Origin: Lama glama | Taxonomy: Eukaryota | Length of the DNA stretch: 64,000 bases | Direction: 5' to 3' | Assembly (NCBI GenBank): GCA_028534125.1 | Contig: CM052818.1 | Span: forward strand, 20,958,001 to 21,022,000 | In this document: in pieces, positions 24,690 to 37,800 of the stretch | Layout of the letters: every line of letters begins with the position of its first letter | How positions within the stretch are numbered: the stretch's first letter is position 1 | Notes under the pieces: model-generated | What the model was told of the DNA's origin: nothing | Databases searched by the model: none | Seen by the model: the letters and a program-made list of their open reading frames with translations, nothing else | Made by a program: the position numbers and the translations under genes

Positions 24690-24830
24690 CTGTCACTGAC
24701 TGCCTAAGTGGCCTTGGGCAAGTCACTTAGCCTCTCTGAGCTTCACTTTCTTCATTTGTCAGATGAGAATAGAAAGCATGTACCTTGTGGGATGGTTGCG
24801 AGAATGGAAGGAGATCCTATTTATTCAACA
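24690..24830 (+). mobile_element. MIR SINE
   Basis: 'gtggccttgggcaagtcacttagcctctctgagcttcactttcttcatttgt'. Confidence 0.8.
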
Positions 24831-25329
24831 GCCTAGTTCAATAACCAGCCAGCAGGAAAAACTTAGGAAGTGGGGAAGTGCTTGACACAGAAAGTGTGGT
24901 ACAGGGTTGTTAGATTCTTATTCCCCATCTCTCACTCTGTGTTGCCTGATGATATTTTATAGTGGTTTCCCAAAAAAGGATTTTCAGACAGTTGCATGGA
25001 ATCATTTGGGTTGGGTGGGAGGGAGTAGGGATGGGAAAAGGGGAAGAGGTTATTGCTCAATGTAGCGATTATCCTTTCTCCTTCCTAGAACATTGTGGGG
25101 AAAGTAGGCAAGACTGCTGAGCTGGAAGCTATTGGTCCAAGATCTCTGAGCTAGAGTAGGCTTGGAGAATCTGTGTTTTTTCCAAGCTTTCCAGGTGGTA
25201 TGGATGCAGAACAACTTTGAGAGACCCTGGTATGGTCGACAGTTCAGTGGGTGGCTCACCTGTCTCCATCCCATAGTCCCAGGTCACAAGGGTCTATAGC
25301 CAAAGGTCCTCTACCAGACATGTGGGAGG

Positions 25330-25731
25330 TATTAACTGACCCCAGACCCCTGCCACAGCTGACTGGGTAAGGGATGGGCATCTGGCTTAAACCCAAACAG
25401 TCAGAATTCCTTACCGAAAAATCTGGAATAAGGACCAAGAGATTCCATTCTTGGCTAGACTTTTGAACAAAGGAGAAATATAAATTTTAGACCAGCCAGG
25501 AGGCTTTTTGCCACTATGCGGACTGAGTTAGCAGAGAGACAAGAATGAAGTCATGGGGAGAGGAAGAAAAATTATCCCCTGGGTTCCCCATGGCTGTCCA
25601 TTTTCTGATTCCAGCCCCCTCCTTAGGTTTAATTGCTCTTGTCCTCAGGTTCTGTGAGACCTACACTTGTGTATTTAAGTTAACTTAAGGTGGCTTCTGT
25701 TTCTTGCAACCCAAACAGTTCTCCTTAATAA
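25330..25731 (+). mobile_element. LTR16-like ERVL LTR
   Basis: 'gccacagctgactgggtaagggatgggcatctg...ttctgtttcttgcaacccaaacagttct..taata'. Confidence 0.6.
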
Positions 25732-26545
25732 AAGAAGGGGAACCTATTTATTTTACTAGAAGAAACAGGAGGGATTGGAGAGGGTCTGAGCCAGGAAGTC
25801 CAGAATTAATTTAGTTAAGTTTTGGATATTAAATCGCATATCATTTCACTGAAACTAATCTTTAGCATGAAATAGTCTCAACCCCTTGAACCAGAAGCCT
25901 TTACGATCTGCTTCTTACATACCTGCGAAATTGAGTGATCGCTCAGCTTCAACCGGTCCTACAACCTGAAACGTTAATGATGATGGTGACTTCTGTTTGC
26001 ACATTTGCCTTACAGTTTACAAAGCCCAGGTCACCTTTGTAGGGTACCACAACACAATTGTTTAATTTGTTTATTCTGTGCATCTTCTGTGCTCCGAAGA
26101 TTATGCCACAAGCTATTTTAAATTGTCTTTTAGTTTACAGAGGGCTCCCACTAGAAACTTTATAAGCAGCATTTTCCTCCTGTGTGGGTGATATCACCAA
26201 AGAAAATGTTTAAATTAGGAGAGAAAGTAGTTCCAGTCGGCAGTGGAGGAAGAAGCAATGGGTGATGGGGCAGGGTAGTGGGATTACGTGCCCAGAAATC
26301 TTCAGGAACAGAAATGAGATGATCAAGACATATACTTGTCTGATGGCAGGGGCTAACGCCCTGACTCTCAGGTTCTTTCCCAGCCCTGGGTTGTTATGTT
26401 ACTGAATGGCAAAGTCATCATGTGAGAACACAGACCTAACACCAATCTCTCTGTGACCAGCTTGCACTGCAATGGCCCAATTTTGGTTTCTGTTGTCACT
26501 GAAGCTGTTTCCTCATCCATAAAATGGAATTGATAACACTTCTGG

Positions 26546-26974
26546 TATATTTGTCAGGGTTCTCCAGAGAAAGAGAATCAACAGAATTTTTTTTTTTTGA
26601 GAGAGAGGCAGGAGAAAAAGATTGATTTTATGGAATTGGTCCATGTGACTGTAGAGGCTTGGCAAGTCAAAAATCTGCAGGGTAGCCTGGCAGGATGGAC
26701 ACTCAGGGAAGAGTTGCTGTTCAACTCCCAAAGGCAATCAGTAGAATTCCTTCTTGTTCAAGGAAGGTCAAACTTTGTTCTATATTCAGTTGATTGGATG
26801 AGGCCCACCACATTATGGAGGGCAATCTGCTTCACTCAACGTCCACTGATTTGAATGTTAATCTCATCCCCCCCCCCAAAAAAACCAAAAACCTTCACAG
26901 AAACATCCAGAATGTTTGGCCAAATATCTGGGCACCATGGCCCAGCCAAATTAACTTAAAAGTTGACCATCACA
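26546..26974 (-). mobile_element. MLT2-family ERVL LTR inserted in a MIR
   Basis: 'gtcagggttctccagagaaa...ttggatgaggcccaccacattatggagggcaatctgct...ttgaccatcaca'; 5-bp flanks tctgg/gctgg. Confidence 0.9.
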
Positions 26975-29313
26975 GCTGGTTTCATAGGACAGACCAGAAG
27001 GTTTAATTAGTTAGGAACTGTGAGAGGTGATTGATAAATTGTAAACTGCTCTGTACTCCTAAGAGAGAGGGGAGCTCTGTGGTTTCAGCCCCCTCCCCCC
27101 AAGTGAGAGTGTCCTGGCACACAGAGGGTTAGGGAGGCCCTGCCTCTGCTGCTCGTCCACCTGCTGTCTGAACTGTCACTGCCCCCTCCCTGGCCCTCAG
27201 GTGAGGAGGGACTGGAGAGGGGGCTGAAGTTGCCTGACACCTGATACTTCCTTCCTGCCTGGATTAGAGCCATATTGTCAATATCATGCCAGTGTTTACC
27301 AAATTAACAAATGGACTTCAAGTTAAACACTGAACAATTTGTGAGATGGATTTTTAAAAAATGTGACCAGGCTCAGGGGATCACTCACAGGTGATGGGCT
27401 GTTTGCCTTTTTTGGACTCCTGGCCTTTAACATCATGTCACTTTAAATTGCTTTTCATGGAAAATGGCCTCCCTGCCATTCCTCACCCTCTGCAGAGAGC
27501 CCCCAGCCAGGCATTTCTGTGCACAGCTGGAGCCTTGCCTTGCTGTGGGGCAAACTTCTTTCTTCTGGGCCCAAAAGAGACAAATCTCCTTTGGTCAGTT
27601 AGTCCAGAATGGAAAATTAAGTGTGTTGAAACACCTCACTCCCCACCAGGAATTTCTACTGACAGAACAGGGCTGAGCAGGGTTCCTAGCCAGTCATTCC
27701 AAGTCTGCTAATAGCAACAAAGAAAGCAGAGGTTTCTCTGTGAGGTGGGCATGACACCAGCGTCCAGTCTGGGTGTTCCTGATGCACCTAGATGTTGGCA
27801 TCATGTCCACAGCAAAATACCCAGCAATGTGACTGCATCTCCTCCTGGCACTTGAGAGGCTGTCTCCACGGGTCATACCTGCTCTGCTGGAGGGATGAGC
27901 TGACTTAAGTGCCTCTCAATGATGGGGGACACCATGACCCCCAGGAGACGGGCTGCTCAGAGAAGTGGGCCTTCGAGTAGACAAAGTGATGAGTGTCTTT
28001 TGTAGATTTTCATACTGAGCTTCATTTTGTAGCCTATTAACTTTTAAATGCTATTTACTTTGGAAAGACATTAAAAGGAAAGAAAGAAGCAGGTTTCAGC
28101 ACCTTTACCATGTGCTGTTCTGCTGTTGTTTCTGTAAGGAAACAAAGCAGCCATTTGAAAAGTGAAAGACTTAGGTCAATTATTTTTCTTTCCTTGGCTT
28201 ACTGGACAGCAAAGCGCTGGTTTAACTGAATTGACCAGTTGTTTGATGAATCAATCAATCAGCAAATATTTGCTCTGTGAGGCCTGTGAGCAAGGCAGTC
28301 ACTGTTTGATTAAATTGTTTGATGAGACAGAACAAATAGACCTGTCTTCTAGGTCCCTTGTAGACACAATCTAGCTGTGTGCAGCTAATTACCCTACCAC
28401 CTCTAATTACAGATACACACTCAAGCTGAGCTCTTTTCCTTGAACCAAAAGTTAAGCCTGGAAATCTGGTAATGCAATTACTATGCTTGTTTCAACAAGT
28501 GAGAGAGCGGGGGAAGGAGGGAGGGAGGGAGAGAGAGAGAATATGAATATGCCCCATTTATGCAACCCCACAATGGAGGAGAGTTACAAAAAGACTTTTA
28601 TAACCGAGGGAAAATGAAGGTCTGTAATTGAGCATGATTTGGTGTCCAAGACTTGGCTTTGAGAAGGAGCCGGAATCAACTTTCCTAAGTGGCATTTAAT
28701 GTACTCCCATGGGTTTCGCTTTTTCATTAGCTTAGTTTTTAATTGATGTCACAACTCAAAGTCAGGACCATATTTCAAGGAGGAAAGAATGAAAACACTC
28801 GGGAAACACACAAAACAACCGAAAACCTCTAAACCACAACGGTGAAAAAACACGTCTTTCTTCTAAACACCATCTTAGTGTGAAGCAAACTGATCTGTCA
28901 GGTATGCCTGTCACATCCACATACTTTATAATCCAATATGTTCAGGCAAGAATTTTGGCACAACCTGCCAACAGCAATCTTGAACTTTTCTTGACACTTT
29001 AAAGAACACGTAATGTGTTGTTGGGGGCGGGTTTGGGGGGACGCCTTAACCCTTTCATTCAGCATCTACGAGTCCTTTCGAGCATCACCTAGGAACAGCC
29101 CGGGGGAGGACCCACCACAGGCGCAGGTGATGACCCGCTGTGAGCTCTGGCAGTGGCTATTGCTCCAGCCCCCAGCTGCGGCCTCTTCCCGGCCTGTCAG
29201 TGAGGAAGAGCTTTGGACCTAACCCTCTCTCAGGGATGACCTCACCTGCAAAACCACCCAATTCAGTTCAACTTGTGGAAGCACATATTTACACAGGATT
29301 GTGGTGATCTAAT

Positions 29314-29496
29314 CCAGGGGTTCTCAGTTTTGGCTGCACATTGGAATCACCTGGAATGCTTAAAAAAATGACAAAAATTGATGTCTATTCTACCCAACAC
29401 TATTCAAGCATAAGCCCTGAGATAGGCCCTGGCTAAGTGAGACTTGTACTACGTCCCTAGGTGACTCTTTCATGATGCCAGGATTAGGAACCACGG
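29314..29496. mobile_element. MER5-like hAT-Charlie element
   Basis: 'caggggttctcagttttggctgcacattggaatcacctgga...gccaggattaggaaccacg'. Confidence 0.75.
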
Positions 29497-31121
29497 TCCA
29501 ACCTCCCAGTTTACAGATGAGGAAACGGAGGCCCTGAGATGGAGGTGACTGCCAGTGTCAGGGCCAGGACTCAGATCCAGCATAGGTCAATTTGGATCAC
29601 TCAGAGGTTGTTGAACACCTGCAGAGTGCTCAGTTCTGCCCTGCGCACCATGGGGTTACGAGAAGGAACTGACACTTGCTCTCTGTCTCAAGGAGCGTAC
29701 GGCCTCGGCTGGGTGGTAGAACTCATGGATGAAGCAGTCAAATGGACACGGTAGGGCAATGTCCACTTAAGAGCAGAGCTCCCTAACATCAATGCCAAGT
29801 CCAGACTAAAGTGTCCTGGAAGAGATGCTAACAACACTGGTTGGAGTAAAGGGAAGCATGACTGGAGTTAGGAGGCCACAGGCAGAGCTCAGGGTGGGGA
29901 CATGTGGCCTGTGAAGGGGAAGAGAGGGCACTCTCCAGGGGGAGAGGTTGGGTGACAACTTGCAGGTTGGAAATGAATGATACGGGGGTCATGTGCTTTG
30001 ATAGACTTTGCTGGAGAAAGCATGGGACTTAAAGAGAACCCTGGGGAGGGATTCAAGGCACAGAGGCAGGTGCTGCCAATGGGGGAGATCCTCAGCAGCT
30101 GAGTTTAAGGGTGGCTGCTTGCCCCAGGGGGGAGATGTCCCTGAAGGTTAGAGCTAAATGGCAGAAAGGACTTAACATGAAGGTGTCTGGTGAGATCCCT
30201 GTTCTGGTTGGTTGGTGCCCAAGTTGTACAAGAGTTCAATATTTTGAAATCTCCCCTGCATCATGTCCTTGGCCACGTGATGCCAGGTCCTTTGGGAGCA
30301 TTATCCTGAGCCATGTATTTTGGGGAATCCTCTGCTGCAGGTGGAAGGCATTGAAGCTCAGGACTGTTTGTCAGGGTAGAGGTGGAGGACAGAGACAGAT
30401 GGGTAAAGGAAGGCTTCACATCAATGCTAAGAAAAATTCCATGTTCTCAAATATTGATCCCATGGTCCACGCAGCTGTCCCCAGCAGTTGATGGGCCAGG
30501 AAATGGGCGGGGCCTCTCCTCCCTCACACACATCTTCCCACTGAGGCTCGTCTGCCCTTGTCTTCTCTTCCCCTTGACCTCTTCTGCGGTTGTCTGCTTC
30601 CTCCCTTGATTCAGTGGATTAAACCTGCCTTTACTGTGCTTTATATAAGAACAGCCCCCCGAGATCTTGGGGCCAGCATCCTGGGCCAAGAAGTAACTTC
30701 TGGAAGGAGAAGAGAGGTGGGATTTGGGCAGCAGATGTCCCTGTCCTTCAGAACCACTTTGCTCAGAGCCCTTAGGAGCCCACAGGCACTCCTCTCGGGC
30801 TCACGCTTCAGCCCTACTGCCTCCTTTCACATCACACGTCTGTCCCCTGACTGTCGTCTCCTCCGTTTGCTTTCTAGGTGGGTGTAGCTACTAAGCAGCC
30901 GCTCCCATTCTACAGATGTTGGCCACACCATAGCACTGTGTGTGCTTTGGAAAGCTCTTGGGATTCTTGCCCTCTGAGCCTACTCCAAGGGCTTCCTCCA
31001 AGAAGCCTTCTTGGATTCCATTTTGCCTGACTTGATTCTAATAGTGAAGCCAGCTCAAAATTCCCACCTACAAAAAGTGGAGGAGAATAAACTAAGGACG
31101 CCCTGGCCATCTTGGATTGTC

Positions 31122-31310
31122 TTTTTTTTTTTTTTTTAATTGAGTTAGAGTCAGCTTACAATATTGTGTCAATTTCTGGTGTGCAGCACAATTCTTTAGT
31201 CATACATGAAAATACATATATTCATTTTCATATTCTTTTTCACCATGAGCTACTACAAGATATTGAATATATTTCCCTGTGCTATACAGTATAAACTTGT
31301 TTATCTATTG
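31122..31310 (-). mobile_element. Young 5'-truncated L1 3' end
   Basis: Poly-T then 'aattgagttagagtcagcttacaatattgtgtcaatttctggtg...ttccctgtgctatacagtataa'. Confidence 0.85.
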
Positions 31311-31469
31311 TATTGTATTTATAAGAAAGAGTTTCTCTTTATTTGATTGTATTTCTTCTACTTCAGCCCTGGGAGTGCCCAGATGAAAGTGACCTTTGAG
31401 ATCACTTGATTCAGCCCCTTCGTTTTATAGTCTGTGTGGATGAACAGCTAAGAAAGGAGTTTGGTGTCA

Positions 31470-31660
31470 TAGTAACTGGCTTTAAATGTTAGCCCTGCCA
31501 CTTCGAAGCTGCATGACCTTGGGCATGTCACTTCACTTCTTGGAACAGTAATAATAATGTCCTATTTCATGGGTCGGTGGCCATATGTAAAGAAGGTAAT
31601 TCATATAAAGTGCTTAAACTAGAGCTTGGCATATAGATACTACTTTACTATTATTGCTAT
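31470..31660 (+). mobile_element. MIR SINE
   Basis: 'ctgccactt..agctgcatgaccttgggcatgtcactt...taaagtgctta...ttggcatatag'. Confidence 0.7.
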
Positions 31661-34139
31661 AAATGAAGAACTTGAGACAGACATATTCTGTAGACTTGCT
31701 GGAAACTGGATACTGAGAACTATTTTGTAACTTGTCATATTAGTTAAGTGGTTCTTAAACTTTTCACCAAAGCATCCCTAAAATCAGAGAAGAGTGAAAA
31801 CATAAATCCAAGTAATCTAGGGGCTTAGTTCCATTCCATGAGAATGAAACATCTTGAACTTTTATGTTATTTTTAAAAATGCATGTAAAATTTACATTGT
31901 ATTTCTTAATGTTTGTGTTTGTTTCAGTATAGAAATAGTGGCTTCCCCCACAAACTCTTTATTTTTATAAAATCAACTCCCCTACACATTAAGTGATGCT
32001 TATTCATCATACGGTGAGCATATCTAAGAGTGTGAAATTCCAGTCTGAGGGACAAGAAGTTAATATATGGAGTATCTTGAACAGCCAGCGACTGTTTCCA
32101 TGAAGGATGGGACTTCAGATCTCTTGCAGAAAGCAGGAGGGAGAAAGTTACACAGAGTAGCACCTCCTCCCCGGGAAGGCGGTGAGGCCAGCCGTGTGAG
32201 ATGATGATAACTTCATCCCTGAAACCTGGCAGCTTTTTGTTCTCAGCAGACCCAGAGGCCCCTCTGTGTGATTCTCTGGGCTCCAGACTGGGGGCTCTGG
32301 TCCCGCCAGACCCCGGGGAGGCCACAATCTGAAAGATGTAGCGTGACTTGGTGCCTCGAGGCGGGCTGTGTGCTGAAACGAAGGCGAGACAGACTGTCAG
32401 CGTGGAAACCATGCGGTGACAGCTTCCTTCACCCTCCAGACCTGTCAGCTCACGGGGGACCTGACAGGCCTGGACTAAGAAGGTAAACAAAGGCTTTAGA
32501 GCAGGAGGAGGAATGCCGGAATTCTTTCTTTAATGTTTCCCTATTCATAACATGTCACAGAATTAACGCCTGGCCCAGTGGAGGTAGCAGTTCCTGGCTT
32601 TTAAGATGTCCCAAGGGTGGTGAGGGGAGAGGCCGGAAGCCCAGAGGCTGAGCTCAGAGTCAGAGCATCTGGCTGCTTCTTCGGGAAGTCCATGGCTCCC
32701 GAGATTGCATGTTTGAGGATAAAGTCCAAACCCTAGCCTGCTGGTCGAGGCCGGAGGTCACGGCCGTTGTCCAGCTTTCTCTCTGCCCACGTCAGTGCTC
32801 CTCATACTCACTGCTCCCCTTTCCCATTCCAGAAGCTCAGTCTCAGTTCTCTTTGCTGACCTTAGACACCTTCCAGGAAAAGCCATATCAGCTCTGCCCT
32901 CTTAGAGGTCTAGCCAGTGTGCATGCTCCATTTGGCTCTAGAAAATCCACTGGCTTTTCTGGATCAAGTCCCCCCCCCTCCCCCGGCCTTGGGTGTTTCT
33001 GTCTCCTAGACCCCTTTCCTATCCACCCATCCACACTCCTCTTTCAAGTCGGAACCCCTTTGCAGGGCTGGGATGGCAGTAATACAGTTTTTCTGTGCCA
33101 TTACTTAAAAAGACGAATGGCCTGTTAGCCTTTTAGGATGTAATTTAAAAGCCATTTGTCTAGTGGTAATAACTGGAAATGGACTTCCGCGGGAGGCTAG
33201 GATGACTTCCTCCAGGAGCGAGAGATTGGCTAATGGTGACCAGTTGGCCGCGGCTGTTTTCAGATGTACCTACTGTTTGCATTGGAAGGCTCAGGGAGGG
33301 GGAGAGTGGCATTCTGAGGGAGCTGTGGGCTCACGGAGGGCTTTGGAGGAATGCAGATGCTGCCGCTCTTGTTTTACTACTGAGAGGACCAGGAATAAAA
33401 ATAGTTCACAAAGGTGGGGATCATGATGGTTTTAACAGCCAAATCTCGCCAAGTGGAACCCTTGAAACTGGAAGTTTAGGCTTCATCTTTGTCCTGTCTT
33501 TAAAAATCTGCAGGCAAATTTGAGTTATCTGGCTTTGGTGCACCTCAGAAGTGACATTTCTCAGACAATCGTGTTTTTTTTCCCCTGCAGACAGCAAAGC
33601 TTTTATTTTAACCACTCAGAATAGATAGTTTTCAAGAATATATTACCTGCGTCTCTTCTTCAACAGAATTGTTGCAGAGACGTCATGTTCATTGATGACG
33701 CAGGGCCATTGTTTCCAATGTCAGTTTTAAAGACTCTGTCTTCTTTTTACTATTCTTCTCTTCCTTATATGCTATTTTATAACTACATCACCTCATCTAT
33801 CTTGGTATTTAATATACATTTACTTCTTATTTAGTGGGGGAAAATGATGGAAACATCCCAAATGGCAAAATAAATGATGAAGTATTCACTCTTTGGGTTA
33901 CTTTGTGAGCTTTGGAAAGGATGTGGAAGACTATTGACATAGAAATTGAAATATTGGAAAGAAGTCTTTGCTGTATCACTAAGTGCTAAACAGGATGTAC
34001 ATCAGGATGGCCCCAGTGCCCAGGAATCTTGGTGGGCTCTGAGTCCAGGCTGTTCAAATCTATGAAGGAATACACCGAAGTACTCAGCCTTAGAGATGAA
34101 AGCTCTGTGCCTTCAGTTAAAGGATTCCAGGCAAAGGAA

Positions 34140-34375
34140 GCCACATTTACTGATCACCTATCATGTAGCCAGGCACTATTTTATTTTGCTTTCACATGTT
34201 TTCTCTGTTGGTCCTGAAGATGATTCTCTGAGGTTATCTTTGTTTCATAGACAAGGAAACTAAAGCTATAAGAAGTTGTGTGGCTAGCTCAGGTTCACAC
34301 AGCTGAAAGACAGCGGGGCTAGAATTTGAATATAAATATAGTAGACTCCAAAACAAAGCCCATGTACTTTCTACT
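34140..34375 (-). mobile_element. MIR SINE
   Basis: 'catttactgatcaccta...gccaggcact...tagacaaggaaactaaagct...ttcacacagct'. Confidence 0.65.
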
Positions 34376-34379
34376 ACGC

Positions 34380-34897
34380 TGTACCAATTATCTCTTGCTT
34401 CAGTAATGCTGCACGATGCACGACAAGCAACCACAAAACCTCGGTGGCATGCAACAGTGAGTGTCTGTTGCTCACCCCTCCAGGGTCAGCTGGGAGTCTG
34501 CCAGGCACTTCTGCTGTTCTTGGCTGGGCTCACTCCCATGTCTTGTGGTTGACTGGCTATTGGCTGATCTAGGGTGGTCTAGTCTGGGGCAACTGGGGTG
34601 ACTGGGCTCTGCTCCACATGTCTTTCATCCTTCAGCAGGCTAGCCCGGGCATGTCCTCGTGGCACTGGCACAGGTGGAAGAGAGCAAGAGGAATCATACA
34701 GCCCCTTGAATTATACAGGCTGGGAGCTGGAATCCCGTCTGTTCTATTGGCCAAACCAAGTCACATGAGCCAACTTAGAGTCAAGAGTGGGGAATATACT
34801 TCTCTTCTCATGGAAGGAACTGTAAAATTATGTGGTAAAGGGTGTGGATCCAGGGAAGTTTGAAAAATTGGAGCCATTAAAGGAATCAATCACATAC
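34380..34897 (-). mobile_element. MLT1-family MaLR LTR
   Basis: 'ttatctcttgcttcagtaatgctgc...accacaaaacctcggtggcat...ctattggccaaaccaagtcacatg'. Confidence 0.8.
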
Positions 34898-37800
34898 AAC
34901 AAGCTGCCTTATTCAAGCAGGTGTTCTGAGGGCTTCATCTGGGCACTCACCTAACCTTTTTGAGGTTTTGGTAAAATGTGTGAGTGAGTGGGTGGGGTGG
35001 GGACAGGAAAGCTGGGGGGTGGAGAGGAGGAAGACAGATAGATGTTTAACCAAAGTAATGTCATTTCATAATATGTTACTAGCTACACTGAAGGGAAAAT
35101 TGTTCCATCCTTGGATACATTTTGGAGAAGCTGAACACATCAGAAGGAAGATTTATCCACTGTAGTACTTCTCAGTGCCTTCAGTATTTCAATGTGCATT
35201 GTGAATATATGGGGAGAGTATTAAATACTTCCCAGACTAACTGACCATGGGATACTTTTTATACAACCTACCGGTTAACACCTCTTAGAAAAAGTGTTCT
35301 GGGGAACTTCAGTTTTGAAAACACTGGACTAATGATTCGTAGGGTGACGTTTAATACCAAGTCCTATTATTCTATGCTGTTTTGTAACACAGGGCTACAC
35401 CCCGAGACTATTAAGAGAAGAAGGGTGTTGTTGTTGTTGTGTATTTTTCTCCCCATCCCTACACTAAATGGGCCCAGATTCCATGACGCAGAGAGCAAAC
35501 GCACAGAACCATTTCTGCAGCCCGTCGCCGCTGTCAGCACTAATGCGGCGGCTCTGCTGTCAGTGCTTCTGCTCCTGGGCTCGGGTGCTCAGGTGCCACG
35601 TCTGGGCAAGAGGCTGAAGGACTTGTGTCTTCTGAGAGTACAGTGCGCAAGCTTGGTGAAAGCTCCCTGCCCCTCAGATATTCTTTCTACCTCCCAGTGG
35701 GTATCGTGGTAGTTCTGTGTGTTGAGTCCTGCAAGGCTTTCCTTCAGGTAACTGCTTTCTTATCAGTGAAACTGCAGGAGGAACGGTCACTCAGTTAAAA
35801 GAACAATTGTCACACAATGTGGGAACATGTGCTTGAATACAGTTGACCATGTAAATTATAAATGACTCTCCTCTATTTGGTAAAGTGGGACCAACAGAAT
35901 TGCTACTTGTCAATCTTTGTTAACCTTGTTCAAAGCCATATACGTGCATGAAAATACCAACGTAATGTTTAAAAGGAGGAAATCTGTAACTCAGACTTTC
36001 CCCGTGAAAAATGGTGTGATTTCTCTAACAGGGGATTCATTGCTTGTGCTGAATAACGCCTCATTGCCCTCAGCTGAGTAATGACAGAGTGTTGCTGCTT
36101 GGGCTCTGCCTGGTGCTGGTTCCGGCCCACCCTGCCTGCTTGGCCAGGATTGAAAGGGGACGACACTGCTTCTGTTCCCCTGTGCTGGCCACCTGGGCAG
36201 CTGGAGGACTGGGTGCTTGGACCTTGCTCCTGCCCCCAGCCCCTCCTTTGGAACTGCATCCATTGATCTCTGACCTGGACCCTGAAGAACAGAAGTTCTA
36301 GCTGTTCGGCCTGCTCTCAGTTCCGGCAAGGAGTGGAGCCGGGGGCTGTAACAAACTGCATCAGACAGCTGAGTCTCACTTTCCTCCAGAGGCTTAACCC
36401 AAAGGATTGTAGCTGATTTGGCAGGGCTGGAAATGACCCATCATCCCTCTCTTCCAGTGGTCTCTGTATCTTATGGGGGGCAGGGGCACAGGGCTTACTC
36501 TTCTGGATTCACACCCACTGTGTGAACCAGTGCTCTTTGGAACCATGTTCATTTACATAACACACTTCTCAGGTGCACATAAGTTGTGCATGAGTCTGTG
36601 TTAATTTTTGGACATTTCATTTGAACATGGCAATTTTTTCTTACTCCTCAATTTTCCGTTTCTCTTCCACTCAAGCTCATGCAATGCTTCAGAAGCAATT
36701 GAGTCTCTTTTCCTGAAACTGTGGGGTTCCTCACTTTTTACTTTAGTGGTGGGGGAGGTGCTCAGAAGCCCAGGAGGAGTGGAGCATCTTGACTGTGGTA
36801 ACTTGATGGCCCAGCAGAGGATCTGTGAGCAAGCCCCAGTATTCCCTGCCCAACAAGCTCTTCCTCTCTCCCCATCCTCCTTTCTCCAAGCCTGGTGGCC
36901 TGTCTCTGCTAGGAAAGCTAATTGATGAGGTAGCCAAGCCATTGCTAACTAGCCCTGTGATTCGGCTTTTGAGAGCCTTTCCCAGAATTCCATTAGGCAA
37001 AGGGCTCTATATTGATTAATGTCCAATGATTATTTCCTCTTGCCAATTGGAATTCTCAAGGACTGAGACGGACTCTTTCTCACTCACAAGAAGATGTGAG
37101 CTGAAAAGCTACAGAGGACAGAGTTCTGAGTAGTTCTCATCAGAGTTTCCCCTGCGGGAATTCGGTCCTCTCCTCTGCCCGGTCCCATCCTGCGCCCCGT
37201 GTGTCATGACCTGAGCAAAAGACAGGTTCAGTTCCCACAGGTACACAGATCCCACTCTCCTAAATGAGAGCAACGAGAAAAGTGATGAGAGCCGATATCC
37301 TTGCTCCCCAAAACAGGAAACAGGCTGGGTAGATTGACTTGATAGGGACTATCAGACGGCTGCTCGGCTGCTCGCTCACACTGGGACCTTTATCACTGCC
37401 AGTCATCAGCACTCCGGCAGGCTCATGAATAATGCATTTCCCAGTGATTTCCTTCCTTATTTGCTAACTCCAGGCAGTATTGATTTTTAAAAAGTCTGCA
37501 AAGTGGAGGCGTTGTGGTAACATTTATTTAAAATGATGGGGAGACAGAGCAAGTATATGTTTATCTCTACACAGGAATGTTAGTGTCTGTTGTCCATGGA
37601 TAAGGATATTCAGCAGTGTTTTTCAAACCAAAGAGCGGTTCAGATTGGAGCCCTAAGTTTGGGTGAAACAGCTGTGTGGGGGTGGGGGTGGTGGACCAGG
37701 ATGACGAGGCGGAAGTTGCATTACAAGTATAGGAGTCCAGGAGTTACAAGTGGGGAAATCAAGGCATTGAATTGGTAGTAAAGTCTCTTGCTCTTCAGTG

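Noticed and set aside
28366..28377. 12-nt match (acaatctagctg) to the miR-708 mature sequence as I recall it
   Set aside because: The seed region is absent, there is no hairpin partner, and the context looks like an L2 remnant, the source of that miRNA family
31924..32490. Longest ORF in the track (188 aa, minus strand)
   Set aside because: Non-ATG start, no recognisable homology and no supporting splice structure
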